In this document: piece by piece, positions 23,857 through 39,300 of the stretch | How positions within the stretch are numbered: the stretch's first letter is position 1 | Layout of the letters: each line of letters begins with the position of its first letter | Source of the DNA: Styela clava | Taxonomy: Eukaryota | NCBI RefSeq assembly: GCF_964204865.1 | Contig: NC_135259.1 | Coordinates: 8,990,001 to 9,054,000, forward strand | Length of the DNA stretch: 64,000 nt | Direction: 5' to 3' | Program-made: the position numbers and the translations under genes | The notes under the pieces: model-generated | What the model saw: the letters and a program-made list of their open reading frames with translations, nothing else | Database searches by the model: none | What the model was told of the DNA's origin: nothing

Positions 23857-26800
23857 TAATGTAGAAGTATAATTCATAATTCAAGTATATTGTTTTTTAA
23901 TGTCGTGTTATTTTATATTTTTTTAGATTGAATAGTATTGAGATTGTAAAACTACAGTTATAGTAAATTAGCGTTTACGTTTCTGCTTGTTTAAGATTTT
24001 TAATAACCGTTTTTGATTTTACTTTATTCTACAATAAATACAATGCAGATGAAATATATTGGCTATGACGTGGTAATATGATAATATTACATCGAAAGCA
24101 GACGAATGAAAATTATGATGGAGATACATATACGCTAGCAGTAATAGTAATTATCTTTAAAAGCGTATAATCAAGGGTATTGCACGATGTTTGTTCGGGT
24201 ATCGGTTAGGGTAACATAAAAATGTTTTTTCTAAAAATGCGAATATATCGCGATATTGAAACCTGAATTTTTTATAAAAAAAGCTGCTGCAAACAGTATA
24301 CTTCATTTTCATAAATTATGCGCACGTATAAAAATACCTGAATAAGGATTTAGATTTCAAAGATCAAAAACGTTCTATTCAATAAACATATAACAGTCTT
24401 AAAAATTAAGCTATTAAGGTAGTTTGAAAAACTTGTAATTTCCATTTCAAATTTTTAAAAAATCTTTTTTGAAATTTTTCAGGTATATGGAAGTTTTTCA
24501 CTACATATCATGCAGTGCTATGTCTTTTTGAAATGAAAAATTGCCATGTATACGAATTTTTCACTGCGGTTTGTTTGTGAGGCCACTTCGGTTTGTGCTC
24601 TATTCTACTACACAAATTACCACAATTTACAGAACAGGGGTTACTCTGTCATGATTAATTCAATTATATCTAAATTATATAACCCATACATGATAAATTC
24701 ATTATATTTTCTAGATTTACCTTTACAATACGAATTCAACCTATGGGTAGCTTTAATAAAATCAAGGTTTTACTGTTGAGATTTAAGCTGCTGTTGTTGT
24801 TAAAATACTAATTTTCTTAGCAAATTATGAATCAATCAAGTTCAAATTTTTATCACTTAAAAGCTTAAAGCTTAAAACGTTTTATTTTATCAAGCTTTTC
24901 CCCTCCGCCACGTTTGAGCGCCAATCTCTTCAGCATTGCTATGCATTTTTGTGTTAGAGATACAATTTACAAATATATCAACGTCGTAATAGAAAATACT
25001 AAACAAAGGAGCACTCAATTCTGCAGTCAAAGTATAGATGTTCACAAAACACAACTAATAATCGAAACATACAATTTAAAACATTCTATCGGGTGTCTAT
25101 TTGAAAGTATTTCTAGGATTATTGTAATTAATAGGTAGAATCGAAAGATTTCATTGAACTGACTTTAAAAATGTACGATTTTCATTGACTTTATTTCTGT
25201 CATGAACCTTTATTTCTGTCATGAATACATTTACGAACATGATATTCATTGTGGACAGAAATTGTAAATATACTTCTTCTTTCCATTTGAGGCATAACCG
25301 CAATGGAACTTGAAGCATGTATTTCTGTAGATATAAAAAAAACATTCCGGTGATTTAAAAGTATCAATTGTCAATAAAAACTGAATTCAATTTCACCATC
25401 AAAGCATTTAATAACTTCTAAGATATTTTTCTCAGTTAGGTTGAATATTTTCTAAATTTATGCGCAACTGGAATCGAATTGAATGCTAACTTTCCCCGAT
25501 TATTTTTACGGTTCTCATTTTATAATATTAATAGCAAAATTAACGAAACACACGTAATCAAGTTGATGATGTAAACAGTTGCCATGATAAAATAAAAAGT
25601 AATTGATTTCATCTAGAAAGAATATTATATATTCCCCGAGGACACTTCCTGCTGCTATATGTAATGTAGTAAGACATATTAGGTCGTCATGCGCGTTACA
25701 CGCAGTTAATTACTTCTTACAACAAATAAATGCTGCGAATATGGATAGAGGAATCTGAGTAGGACATAACAGTATATGAGCTGTGTAAAAAATTAACAAC
25801 CACGCGGATAAATTAAAATTTGAAATATTCCACATGAAAATAATATACCGAAGTTTCCAAAATCGTTATTTTATAATAGTTACTGCATCACTTAAGCACA
25901 ACACACATTACAAAACAATAGATACAATTAAATGATTGTGATTGTATTTTTGAGTGAAAACTTTAGATTGCCTCATGGCAGTATATGAGCTCCAAGTTCA
26001 CTTTTCGATATACTGATAAGCTTTCGTGTTTCGTTCCGCCATTACATCGTCTCGAAACAACAAATAAAAAAAAGCAAAGCATGTTATATTTCCCAGGTTT
26101 ATTTTTCGTGTGAATCTGTTCAATGAAAAACAATAAAAACACAAAACGTAATTTAAACAATGATGTAAACACAGCTTTCTGTGACATCATCAAAAGTAAT
26201 TTTTATGGTTTTTAAAATTGGAAGCATTGATTTCCCCTAGGCCTTTTTTGCAGACTTACCTATTTATAAATATGCAGGCACTAACACGAAACGTAACTAA
26301 TTCAATACTGTTGATATTGTGGCTTATGATATCATCAAGAGGTGTTTCCATGACGTCCGAAATAGGAAATATCAATATTCCCTAGGCCTTTTTGGCAGAC
26401 GTCCCGATGCTAACACGAGCTAATCATGAAATGTTTGATTTCCTATGCGCATGCATAAAAAGCAATGTATTTCGAGCAATCTAAAAAAACGTAGTTTTTT
26501 TTATATTGATATGTATATTTCCATTTTGTATAACCCTTCGAAATTAAAGTTAGTAAGCACTTGCATCAATGCAAATATCACCAAAATTATAAATGATTAT
26601 CCCTTGAAGAAAATTGCAATCTCATAATTAGTAGCCCACAAAATAATTTTCACCAATCTGTTTATTTCAAAGTATGGGTAAATGGGATCACTATGTAACA
26701 AAATGCTCAAAAATAAGTTTTTTTTCCAAACAAATAATATTTAATGTACAACCATGCTTTCTGAATATTACCATCATTATTTAATGATGCATTTCAGTTT

Positions 26801-28041
26801 TTTTTTACAATTAAGTTATTATATAAAGACAATGTTTTATCTTTTATTTTAAAATTCATTTATATGAATTTATGAAAAACAAAAACTAATGTGTGCCGTT
26901 AATTGTGTAGAAATCCAGTTTTGGAATCTTGATGGTTTTAAAAAAATATTAAAAAATAATATTTAGAATCACGAGCAACGGCAAGAATTAATAAACTATA
27001 CTTGTTACTTTTTTAATATTATTTTGCATTATTGATTCTTTTTCAATTTGTACTCACATGGACTGGCGTGAACATGTTTTTATGTCACGCTTAGTTTAAT
27101 ATTATTTAAGAAATAAATGTTCGATTGATTTTTCTAATATACCGAATTCGTGATAGAAGGCTTATAAGATATATTACCTATATTTGACAACAATAAGTCA
27201 TTACTTATTGATATGGACCATGTTTGAAAAGCATAAGAACGCACGCACGTTGCGATACTGATCAATAAATGCGCTTCCGCGCAGAAAATTGCTTAGAACT
27301 TTCAGTGGAAAATTTCATAAAACTGGCCCGCATCGAGAATTTTATAAAATGTAATATTTTTTAAAATCGAAATCTAAACTTTGTAAATGTTTCACAAATC
27401 TATTTTAAAACATGACAAACACGACAGCAACCATATATTGTTTTACTAAAAAATAAATAAACTTTATGCTTGAGGCAGATTTTCCTGGAATCGTAAATAG
27501 GTTGAGATACGTAAATAGTAATTTGGTTTCGGCATTGTAATTTTATCAAAAGGTGTTGTTAATGTACAAGTAATTTATAGTCTTTTGATGCCGTGATGAT
27601 TACAAATTTGTTTGAAATGATGAAGCAGCGGATGAAGTTGGTATATAGGTAATATAAAATGTCCCGTTCCATTATTCAAGAAAGAAATTATACTATTCAC
27701 AAAGCTTGTTTACCACCATGGTCAATTCAATACGGGTTTTAATATATACTTTATCCCAATATACAAAATTCGATTTATAATAAAGAGAATTGTCAAGTAG
27801 TGCTTGCAAAATCGAAATGTATCTACGTATCGTATGAGAAGAAACATGAAAGGTAAAAATTATATGTTTTGCTTGGGTTGTAATACTTGAACATAGATTT
27901 AAAATCATATAGTCCACCGAACGTACTGATATCAGTATCAATTCTTTCACTATTCAGGCCCGTGTCGTTGCGTCGTAACATTTCATTTTGTTTCTATTTT
28001 CGAATCGAGTAATCACAAAACTACGGTAGGTGTATCCACCC

Positions 28042-28134
28042 GGGGAATTACCGCCACAAGTTCCCACCGATGAAACAAAAAACGAGAGAATAGCGTGGGA
28101 AAACGAGAGAAGAATTTATAACAGATGATGTAAT
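28042..28134 (-). promoter_or_regulatory. Putative module upstream of gene 7 (inverted)
   Basis: GGGGAATTACC 28042-28052, AACGAGAGAA at 28081 and 28102, TGATGTAAT 28126-28134. Confidence 0.55.
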
Positions 28135-28823
28135 CGTCTACAAACTATTTCGGAAAAACGCGCGCTGAAATTTAGTTAAAGTTTTTAGTTAAAATTGATG
28201 ATACGTCTTAAATTCAAAACTTATATTTTAGATATTTCATTTGATTACATCATACACACATTTTCATAGTAATAATCAGTTAATATTGCTTATTGTCCGT
28301 AGAAATCCAAAGGGTAAATATTAAACTCTATGATAAAACATGCTTTGTATGATTTGTGCACTAGGACTTACAAAAATACCTGAATTTATTACTATTTCCA
28401 CCCTTCCTTCATATTGGTTTCAGAAAAATAAAAAAAATTTGCGCAATTTTGAAATTTATTAATATTGCCTTAAATATTCCAGATCATACTTTAATAGATA
28501 AGTTTAAAGATTTTTTCCGTTGAACATAAAAAATTACCTCACTTGTAAAATGACTTCATTGCTTGTTAGACAGTGATGTAATATAGACAATTTCTCACGA
28601 AAATAACTTTTTTAAACAAAAGAAGTAAGAGTTACACAAAAATCCTTTCATCCGGCGTGTGGTTACTGCCCTTAGGGCTGTTGTATTTCTTGCCTAGCTG
28701 TCCAGTTGGGGTTTTTCACAACACAGAATAGTATATAATGACGAATGTTACACAATCGAGTCATCATCAAATTTTATTTGAGTATATACTTTGCTACAAA
28801 ACGCTTTCAGTATCAATTTCAGA

Positions 28824-30928
28824 ATGGAATATTGTGCCGCTCAACGAGTAACGAAGGTAATGTTTGAATTCAAATATAACTTACATTTTGTGCAGTATAA
28901 TACAATATGTATGAGTATTTTACGGATATGATATTAAAGAATGAGGAAATCAATTTATCACCTAATTGCAAATAGTTTGTCTTGGTAAAATATGTATGAA
29001 AATATGTTTTATTATCTAAAAATATCGTCATTATTGTTACAAAATTCATACAATACAAACAAAGTAATCGGAACAATAATAAACAATTTTCACAAAAAAT
29101 TGTTGATTCTGTAGTTTAACTTAAAAAATAATTTATGGATAAAACTTAATTTGTGCTTTCATTCAATGATAGACCTAGATAGAACCAAAGACATTTACAG
29201 TATAATATAATTTTTCTTATATATGATATTTTTTACTACGAATACCTCTCTATAAGTTTTACTATTTTACTGTTTCACTATTATACTTTAGAGGAAGTTT
29301 GTAATATTCACTGAGATCGTTAATATTATATGAATAGTAATATTATTATTATCTCTTATTTTGTGAACATCTTTCCTTTATTATATATACATAAATATAT
29401 ATTTGTGTTTCAGATCGTCAAACGCACAATTGTCTTCGTATTATGTCTTTTCTTCGTGTTACATGTGACTACGTGTTTTGATCCAGAGTGAGTACGCTGA
29501 CTTATATACATTTTTGTTTTAATAATTTGCACTAGATTTCTTCGTCCAATCCTGCGCTCTAAGGTTTTTGAGTGAGAAGAAAAATGTATTCAATAAACCG
29601 TTGAATGTAGTATACGAAATAGGGCTGTGACAGAATTATAACTTATTCCACAAAGTTGTCACCTGGCAATTAATTTTTCATTCAAAGGAAGGGCAAAATC
29701 GCAGTTTTGTCACCAATCTTATATTTTCTAATGCTGCTTTTGTACAAAAGATATTTAATAAAAATGTAAAATTAAAAACAAGCCTTCTCATGTTTGAACT
29801 TTAATTTTATATTGAAGTCATCGTTTTTTCTATTTTAGATCTGAATTTTCCAAAGCGCATAACTGTAAAATAATTGACAACGGTACTCAGCGGGATGGAT
29901 TTGCACCATACACTGTATTTGTGTAAGCACTTTAGTTTGTAAAGTACATACCATACGGTACTGTAGTGTACAGGTACTTGTTCGATATCAGATTGATACA
30001 ATAACTCCAAGACGAAAAAGTTTACACTCGAAAAACCTAACATATTTCCAATTATTAACCATTTATGTACCTTAGTTAAAATTTATAAATTCACAGATTT
30101 TAGTTATTTCAGCTCTTTAATTTTTATGCGTCTCTGCACCGATATTTGTCTACTGAAAGCATATTACAGAAATAAAAAACCAGATTTTGAATTGTAAAAT
30201 ATATAATATTATTTCTAGTGAGGGATTCAATATATTAAATAGTCCAAATATATCCACGTGAACAAATGCCTTATTTACATGTATTTCTCGGGAAATTATG
30301 AACAAAATAATAAAATAATTTTTATGTTTTCAGAATCGAATGCCAAAACATTTCGCCTTCAGTATACACGGAGGCGACATGTTGGTTGAAATGTCGACAA
30401 CCTCGAGTAAGAAGAAATTTACCACTAACAAGATTTCGACCTAAACCTATTTATTCCTACATGGTGTTTCAAGTGCGACGAGGTGGAAAATTGTTCACGC
30501 ATACCGAGAGAATAATAAGAGCTTGCAGGTCAGTTAAATTTATGACTTTAACTTATTTTACCAAAAGTCTAAGCAAACTTCAAGCAAGTAGAGAAAAAAC
30601 TAGCAATTATAGATAATTGAATTATTTTGCGAAAATTTTATTTATGATTTTCACGTTGAAACTGTGATAAAATCTTAATCTTATTATCTCGTAATGAATA
30701 AACAGAATGTCATCTAATGAGATAACAACCACTTCGTTGTTGTCTTCTAGATAAAAAATTAAGAAATTTCTGTAAAACCAAGCAGGGTTTGCATTGCATA
30801 CATCCTTACAAATAAAGTAAAATCACTATTTCAGATGTGTTATAACTAAAAGACAAGATCGCTGGAGAATCTTTAAAACACTCGATGAAAGAACTTTCAG
30901 TTTACCAACCGTGGGGGTTCAATCGTAA
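28824..30928 (+). CDS. IL-17-like secreted cystine-knot protein, cluster gene 7
   Basis: Exons 28824-28856 (alternative in-phase donor after 28847), 29414-29487, 29839-29922, 30334-30528, 30835-30928. Protein: MEYCAAQRVTKIVKRTIVFVLCLFFVLHVTTC-FDPESEFSKAHNCKIIDNGTQRDGFAPYTVFVIECQNISPSVYTEATCWLKCRQPRVRRNLPLTRFRPKPIYSYMVFQVRRGGKLFTHTERIIRACRCVITKRQDRWRIFKTLDERTFSLPTVGVQS. It keeps the IL-17-like PS..EAxC, PI and VRR motifs. Confidence 0.87.
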
Positions 30929-30996
30929 TTCTTTTAGTCATTGAAAACACTGTGTTACTTATCCTAACTTGCATGTATTTACAATAACTGTATATA

Positions 30997-31044
30997 CAGG
31001 GTGGGCCAAAACAAGTTTACCATTCTTTTTTTCGGCCCACCCTG
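30997..31044. mobile_element. 48-bp Tc1/mariner-type mini-MITE (hairpin) just after the gene 7 stop codon
   Basis: TA-CAGGGTGGGCC...GGCCCACCCTG-TA: a perfect 11-bp TIR flanked by TA. Confidence 0.7.
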
Positions 31045-34000
31045 TATGTTTCATTGTATTTGAATATATTATACCGCCAAATATTCTGTTTTCATCCTTC
31101 TGGATTTTAACATAATATGTATGCAGGAATGGTAAAAGTCGGTCGGAATACCTGATAAATGATATTGCCATGTTTTGAAATTTACCTGACTCTTGCCATA
31201 AATGGAAATAGTAAATTTTAAACTGCTAACTTGTTGAAGTGATAACTTATTTAATAACTTTAATATTTATGTAAAAAAAACATACACCACGTGAAATTTT
31301 AATATATAATATAAAATTATGTTCCGCTGTGATATATTATTGTATATTGTTTTTTTTGCAAAACAGAAACTGTATAAATTTTTTGCACAATTTTTGTACT
31401 ACTTTGTACATGCTTTTTTAAATTTGCAATATTCATTCAGACATATCAAGTTTGTGATGCTTTATATCATCGCGATCATTTGTTCTGAATTTTGAACTGT
31501 TAAACTTTTTATAATTATATATATGAATAAATGATATTGAATAAAAACATGCCTACAAATTTGAATATATTTATATATATATCCAATAACACATATGCTA
31601 GACATGATGCGAACCGTGAAACATTACATTTGAACTACATTAGCCTCAGGGTAAAATAATTCCCTATTCGGATAACCCGGTATCAAATAAAAGATTTATT
31701 TTTATAAACTTCAGCGCTCTGTTGGCGTAAAAATCCTCACGAATATAAAACATAATATGGACAATTTTTAGCAACACAGCTCATAGACTTAGGCTGTGCC
31801 TGTGATTTCCCACCGCACCGACCGGACGAACCGTCGACCAACATGGACTTACAAATGTTTCTCGTTTCACTACGTGACGTCTTCCAAGCTTTGACAACAA
31901 AACCATTTGAATTACACGGTTAATCAATGTATATATATATAAATATATATTTATTTATTAGAATTAACTAGAATAAAAATTTAATACGAATTATGAGGTT
32001 ATGACATTCTGATTTATGTTAAAATCCATCTCTCATATCTTCAATTGCGTTACGGAAATAAATTAATCGATGAGACTCGGCAACGCAACGTATGTAAGTA
32101 AATACATTCTTGACATTCTACCTTGTTAATACGTGTTCTTTATTGAAAGTTTGTTTTATTTTATTTTGTTTACCTTCAGAGCTAGAGAGCATAGAAAAAG
32201 CAATAAACTGTAATCGTACTTTCGCATCAAATCATGACATGTAAATTAATATTATACTATTGCAGAAGTAATCTATGCATGTGCTAATACGACAAAATTA
32301 ACATTCAATATACATATTGTCATCATCGAACGTTTACTAGTTTTAAAAATAGTTTATACCACGCACGACTGATTTCGACAATACTTGAGTAGTTCTGAAA
32401 ACGGAAAGACGGACACGTCACATATCAATTATACGCCTTTCAATATAAGGAGCACATTCATAATGTTTCCTATGTAATATTCGATGAAAAAATAACTTAA
32501 CATTTTGATCAAATCGTCATTTTGCAAAATGATTACCTGCTTTCACTCAATTTTGTTTGTTCGATCTTAAAACTCCTTATACGGAAGATTGTTCTAACAG
32601 GTAATAATGTAAAGGAATTGAGGGGTTCATCTACTTCCTTATAAGGGCAACAAAGAACACTCATCTAACCTATGGGTTCTGCTTCCCTTACATCGCAAAA
32701 GCACCTCACTATAATTTCCAAATTGTTGTGGATAATATAGTCAATGTTGGATGTTGTAATATACTGCTTATACAAAATATACAACATAACGACATAGCTA
32801 CTATTGTATCATCAAATTTAGGTAATGTACTAATGTGCCCAGAGTAATACTATTATTGTGTTATTGTCGGAGCCAGTGGTGAACACATTGCGTAAAATTG
32901 ATTACAACCTATACCTATACCATATCACAGAAGTTACATGCGATAAGTTACTTTTTACTCATCTTTATTAACTATTGTTTTTAATCATATTTTATAAGCA
33001 TGAGGTATTCCAAATTCAGATGGACTCATACATTTAAAAACGCTCCGGCATGCTGCAATATATTTAGAAGTGCGTTTCTCCTCTGTAAAGTGCACAACCC
33101 CAGAGAATATTAAACTTCGAAATTATTTTGAACAAATCGAAAATCATGCATTTGACATGTGCAATGTCTACGTTTGGCCATGCATAAATACACTAATAAA
33201 TATCTATTTAATGTGATTCTGTTGGAAATACCGGAATTATTTTTATTTTCCAGTGTTAAATAAATACACGATGTATCGATACTCGTCAACAAGATCATTC
33301 ATCAAAATTCACCCATTTGCTAAATTTACGAGTTCAATATGGTAGACATCCTCAACCTAGTAAATATAGCAAATACGCCTGAAAACACGTCGCAGCTACT
33401 TTGGTAATTTGAGTCAGTCGACTGGTTGAGTCAATCATTGTTGTAATATTCTGCAGTACTTTTCGTGAAGTGACGTAAAATGAATTTTTTTTGTGAATAA
33501 AGTGCACAATGCAACAAATATTAGTCAATAAATCCCGGGGTACGTCATAAAAATATTAGACGCCATCATGAACAATTTGTCCATATATTGTTGTCGTTGT
33601 CTAACAAGAATAAATGCTAGATAAATATCTGAAATAGCTGAATATATATGTAAACGATCATATAGTAATAGTGAGCAGTAGGCTTGTGTTGGTTCTGGAC
33701 TTCCTAATAACTTTAGAATAGCACTAACCATACATTGTTGTATTAAATATATATTTATTTTCAAATAAAATAGACAAAAGTTGTAAATTGTGTCGTAATT
33801 CGAAAAAGAAAAATTTTGAAACGAAATCAATAAATACTATGATTTTTTTTAATGCAATAAATATATTAAATAAATTAAGTTAATAACAATATAAAAATAA
33901 ATTTCTCAAAAAAATACGTGGAATCTTACCAAAACTCGCTAATATTAAACAAACTGTAGGCTGTAGAATAAAATGATAGAACAACACGATAAAAATGATC

Positions 34001-34573
34001 CATGTAAACATAAAGTATACAAAAATTTTTAAATAACTTTCTTCCGTAAATATATAAATGAATTTATCCAATAATGAATTAATATATATAAATTTATCTA
34101 ATTACTACTACTGTTAGTTACAAAAGTTTATAGTATAGTTTAGTACATTTGGAACCATAATTTGGAAGCACTTCACTTGATCTGCAATAAATTTGGTGGG
34201 CAAAACCCGATCCGACATTTAATTGAGCCTTATACAGAGTTTGAGGGTTGAAACGCCGCATTATCAAAAATTGGTATATTGCAACATATTTCGAAATTCA
34301 ATATGTGACTATTACGTTTGAGGCACGTCACAATAAATAAATAAAATAGTCAAATCAACGATTCAAAAATAAAAAATAGGTGTCAAAGTTCTAGACTGTT
34401 TAGATACATCACAAAAGGCAGGTGACGCTTTTGTGACTTGTCAAATGTTAGTTAATGTAAAAAAAAGTTTTGACGAGATAACATAATATTGATTACAGTG
34501 TTTTTAATATACTCAGTGATAATGCCATATGCCGTATCATTCGTACGCCCTGTTTGATCACATTCTTGCAGAA

Positions 34574-36098
34574 TTAGCGATTGATCTCCACAGTTGGTGT
34601 GGTGCTGTCTACTTCGTTTCCTGAGTGATCATTTTGTAAATAACCATCATGTTTTTTTGTCTTTACGCACCTGATTTGGGGAAAAAATAGAACCATTACA
34701 ATAACTCTAAAATTAAGCTTTGTCGATCAGCAAATTTTTTGAGGAATATTATAAAAGCTCATTTTATAGACTAAAGCACATGTGAATATGCCAAGATGTT
34801 CTTTATTCTTTAAGTAAATGGCAATATATTCACGACATATTTTACGAATACACGAAAAATTAAAATAGTAGTTGCTTGAGAGGAGTAAAGTTGGACAACT
34901 CAATTTTAGTAGATCAAAGACCGGTCTTACCTGCATGCCTGAGTTACTCTGACAGTGTGGCTGTATTCTTTATCATCTTTTCTGACTGTTAATTCAACGA
35001 GTGATTCAATGGGTACTGGGTGATACTTCTTTAGAGTAAGACTTCGTTTACTTCGTGGATCTTTGCAAAACTTCCAACATTTTCCGTCAACGAAAATACT
35101 TGGTGAGGTGTTGACACATTCGATACTGTAAAATTTAAGGTAAAATATAAATACAATGAAACTTTTTAAATATTAAGAAGTTGATGTTTTGTAAACAATT
35201 ATAAACAAGTACGTATTTCGAATCCAAGACATTCATTACGTGTTTTATGATAGCTGTAATATCTGCATTTTTGTTTTATTGGAAGCAAAGTAAAGCGGAA
35301 GGTGGTGAAAAATAAAAGTGAAGCTAAATCTATTACTTTTGAGAATATTCAATGTGCCACTAAAATATAGCGAATAAAAAGTAAATAATTTATTTGCTCA
35401 AAATACCCTCATTGTATACACGACCCAAAAATTACCTTCCAGAACAAGCAAAAACACTCACATTTACTTGAATTAAAATTTTCATACTAAATAATTGGAC
35501 TCCGTGGAAAATAATAAATTGAGTTACTCACATTTCCAGTTTATAAGGAGCAAACCCATCTCGTTTCACAATTCTGTCTATAATATTGCACTTATGATCT
35601 TTCGCGAACTGTGATCTACAAAATAAATGTTCAAATACTTTAAGCATATTATTAGTCGTATGGATACTGCAGTTTCAACATTCAACAATTGCTATTCAAA
35701 TGCTGCTAGTCAGTCGCAATATTGATTGATTAACCTGAGAAAAAATCGCAAAGAGGCTTTTTGATCACGTATTACGATATATAGGCTTGTATAAATCAAT
35801 TTTATGAAAAAATACACTATATAGTAGTGATATTCTGCGATTCTGTACTTTGTATGTATAAAATGTACTTATGTGCTACATACTTACTCGGGATCAAATG
35901 CTTTCGCTCCGGTTATCAAATGTAATAATTCGCAAGTCATTGCAAATATTGCAAGTGTCTTGAACACCTAAAAGTAAGTTAGGAACGAGTTATTAACTTG
36001 TTTACATTATACTATATGAAAAAATATTTAAAGTTTTAACCTAAGAATAATTGTACAAAATCTTTACTTACTTTTGGTGACAACAATTTAGCTGGCAT
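34574..36098 (-). CDS. IL-17-like secreted cystine-knot protein, cluster gene 8 (minus strand, polar/acidic tail)
   Basis: Exons 36098-36072, 35967-35888, 35615-35532, 35125-34931, 34670-34574. Protein: MPAKLLSPKVFKTLAIFAMTCELLHLITGAKA-FDPESQFAKDHKCNIIDRIVKRDGFAPYKLEIIECVNTSPSIFVDGKCWKFCKDPRSKRSLTLKKYHPVPIESLVELTVRKDDKEYSHTVRVTQACRCVKTKKHDGYLQNDHSGNEVDSTTPTVEINR. TATAAATA on the minus strand at 36185-36192. Confidence 0.87.
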
Positions 36099-36304
36099 TT
36101 CTATATATCATCCGCGATATTTTGAGCGTATGGAGTGATTGTCTAATCTTCATGTAAATAAATAATGTGGTAGCAGATGGTGCTTATTTATATTCTTGCT
36201 GGGATTGGTGGAAAAAACCGCGATGAAAACTACTTCCAAACTATGGTAATATTCTTTCAAGTATACAGGGACGCCCCCGTTCTACGCATATCAGCACGTG
36301 CACT

Positions 36305-36347
36305 TTCGAGAGAAAGAGCAAACGAGAGTTTCCCTGAATGATGTCAT
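36305..36347 (-). promoter_or_regulatory. Putative module upstream of gene 8
   Basis: TTCGAGAGAA 36305-36314, AACGAGAGTTTCCC 36321-36334, TGATGTCAT 36339-36347. Confidence 0.45.
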
Positions 36348-39300
36348 CGTTGCCTTCGCGCTATCTCGTTTTGACCGAATCAGTGCCGCCTGTAGTAACA
36401 TTATCAGTACCTCTGTAGTACACATGTCATAGCCAGTTTTATGGGTAGTTTTCAAATAAAAGTGATTTTAAAAAAACTATAACGGAAATACTTTTTATAT
36501 AGGCTAGGCTTTAAAGTCTACAATCGACAATGTCATATTTTCTCAACCATTGGCATTTTATTCTCATTTTAAAGTAGTTATTTGAACAATTGAATAGGCG
36601 TGTTTAAATTTTTATTTTTCAATATGCTGGAAATCGAATTTATCCCCCTGTAAAGAAGCATTCTATTAAATGTTGTAATTTCAACAGAACTCCTCGGAGA
36701 GAAGGAAAATTTTAGTGCGCAACTGCAATTTGTCACTTAAATTTTGCCGCTTTCGTGCATTAGACTTCCCTGGGCTGTTTCGCTACTGTACCGTTTTCTA
36801 CTTTTTACAGAATAACCAATCAATTAACTATTTGTTCATTTTTTTGAATGTAATATACTTCCTCTGACCATATCATACCCACTTCGTTCGCCAATAACAC
36901 TTTGAACGTACGACTTTTGTTGTTGGCATACGTACAGTTAATTTGTCATTTAATAATGATAATTGAACTTACCAATATTATTGGGACCGATGACAACGTT
37001 ATTTATTGTATTAATTTTTAAGTAATACTTTATTCTATATATACGCTTAAAAATAGAGTTTTACATGAGAATACAACAAATAAATCTACCTATAATAATA
37101 AAAGGTATGCATCACCTATATTTTTTTAGCGTGTTCATAAAACAATTTGTAAACTTTTACACATTTCGGAATACACGGAACTAATTTGTTCACTTCATTC
37201 TGTCAATACGTCAGCTAATTACATTAATATCACGTCCAAGTATCATACGTCACAGCGTTGGTTGGTCACAGACGGAATGTTATAGGATTTGTCCAGTAAA
37301 ATCCCAGCAATGTTTTAATTCTGTGTAAGGTGCCTAAACAGGACACATGGAAGTTATTGGTGTTTAAAGTGATGATAGGCGTCCGGAGAGTATTTTTGAA
37401 CAATTCAACATTCTATAAAAATGACTAATAGGCATTTCTCCTTGTGTCTATATTTATTTATATGGTTATTTAAGATCTTGTATTTAATTATGAATCTCAA
37501 TCTCCAAGTATTCCTAACTAAGATACAACATCTTATAGAATACGTGACCCCATAAATCCGTTACTAACAATAAATATACATATAGATAGATACTCGTTAA
37601 CAATGTCCAGACTTTAATGAAGAATATGTAATGTAGGTATAATCGTGCGCTGATTGGCAAATCCTTTTGCTAAATTTATATGTCGTTTCTCTCATATAAA
37701 AATGTGTATGTGTACAAACGAAAGAGATGGTACTAAAATATACCATCCAAATATATCTCAAGAATACTAGTTTCTCGTTTAAAATTTTCACATATAAAAA
37801 AATAATAATGTTGTAAAAATACAGTAGTTGGAAATTACTTAACAATCAGTTCTAGTGTTTAAAGTGGTGAATTAAAAAACTATCTACAGAGGTTGTACGT
37901 TATAAATTAGGTTGAAGTTTAGCAAAAACTTGCATGAATTTCATTTGTTTAAAAAATGGAGCAAAAAAAAGTCAATAACGTTTTATGTGAAATCTCGATT
38001 GATGTAAAATCTGGTAGGCTTGAATCAAGATTACTCAGCTTGATATAAAACCACTATGAATAACCGCTATGCAATATATTAAGAGAAAAGCATCTAAATT
38101 AACCTGCGATATTAAATTGCATAAGCTAGTTATGTCTGGCTTTTAATGAATTAATTCAAAAAGAGAATTAGATGCTTTTCAAGCATTGAATTGCATTGTA
38201 CGCCATAATGTCAAAGCAATATTTCTGAAAATATTTGTTGAAGCATTTCTATGAAAATCAGTTATGACTAGGAAATATGTTAATTCAATTTTTTGACCTA
38301 ATTACGACAATAATGTAAATTCGGAAAGTAAATTTTAGTCAGTATCCACTAGAAGTAAAAAGAATCTTATATTATACCTAATCAAGAACTCCAACAGTAT
38401 ACATGCCTGTGTAAGTGACTGTTGAACTTAACTTCGTTTAGGGGAATAGTATGTAGCACTTATTATAAAATCACTATTTTTTCCATGTTCAGTTATAAAA
38501 ATCAAAAAATATCCACGGGAAACTGATAAACAAAATCTACGACAAGCAACCAATTTAGTAGACAAAATTTTACACTTTCTTGACTATACTTACCATTTTT
38601 CTAGTTTCTATTTCACCCAGTTTAATTGTTTTTTTTTTAAATATACCAAGTCTTGGGATTCTGTCTAAAAGTTTGATGATAATAATACATTTACCATTGT
38701 TGTCTCTTACGTATATGTACGTCTGCGTCATTTAGAGTATAACAGACGTAAATATCTGAACAAAATTTATTCGAAGTTAAATTTGAGTGACTCAACAACA
38801 GCAAACTAACTTTAGGCATGCCTGGATTTTATAAAATATTAGAGGGAAATATTAGAGATTATTGATATATCCATTGACAATAACAAATCTCTATTTAAAG
38901 GCAATATGAAACTACTTGCTGTACGCAGCCTCGGAAATGATTCATATTGCTATGACGCCAGATAACTGGAACGTACGTTTATTTTTGTATAGTAGTCCTT
39001 GCATCGATTAATGACCAATTTCATTGTTTTGAAGTCTATTATTAAATACGGTTCTGTCAGTGGTCTACCCCGGATCTCGTTGAGTGGCATTCCATGATTT
39101 GAAAATTACGAGGTCATGATATGACGCCAGACTTGATTTTTCAAATACGCATAATACATATCATTGCCGTTATGGACAAATACCGATGCAAATCGAGCAA
39201 TGTTACAGGTTTCTTCTGGTTTGTGCATATATATACCCTTAATTGGGCACTTAATTTTTTCCTATGTCTCAAATATTTTTCTGTTTCTTTTAAGATATCT

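Noticed and set aside
25189-25225. Short direct repeats (CTTTATTTCTGTCATGAA x2; also 26233-26265 vs 26378-26400)
   Set aside because: Two-copy local duplications with no spacer-array structure; not CRISPR-like, and the DNA is eukaryotic.
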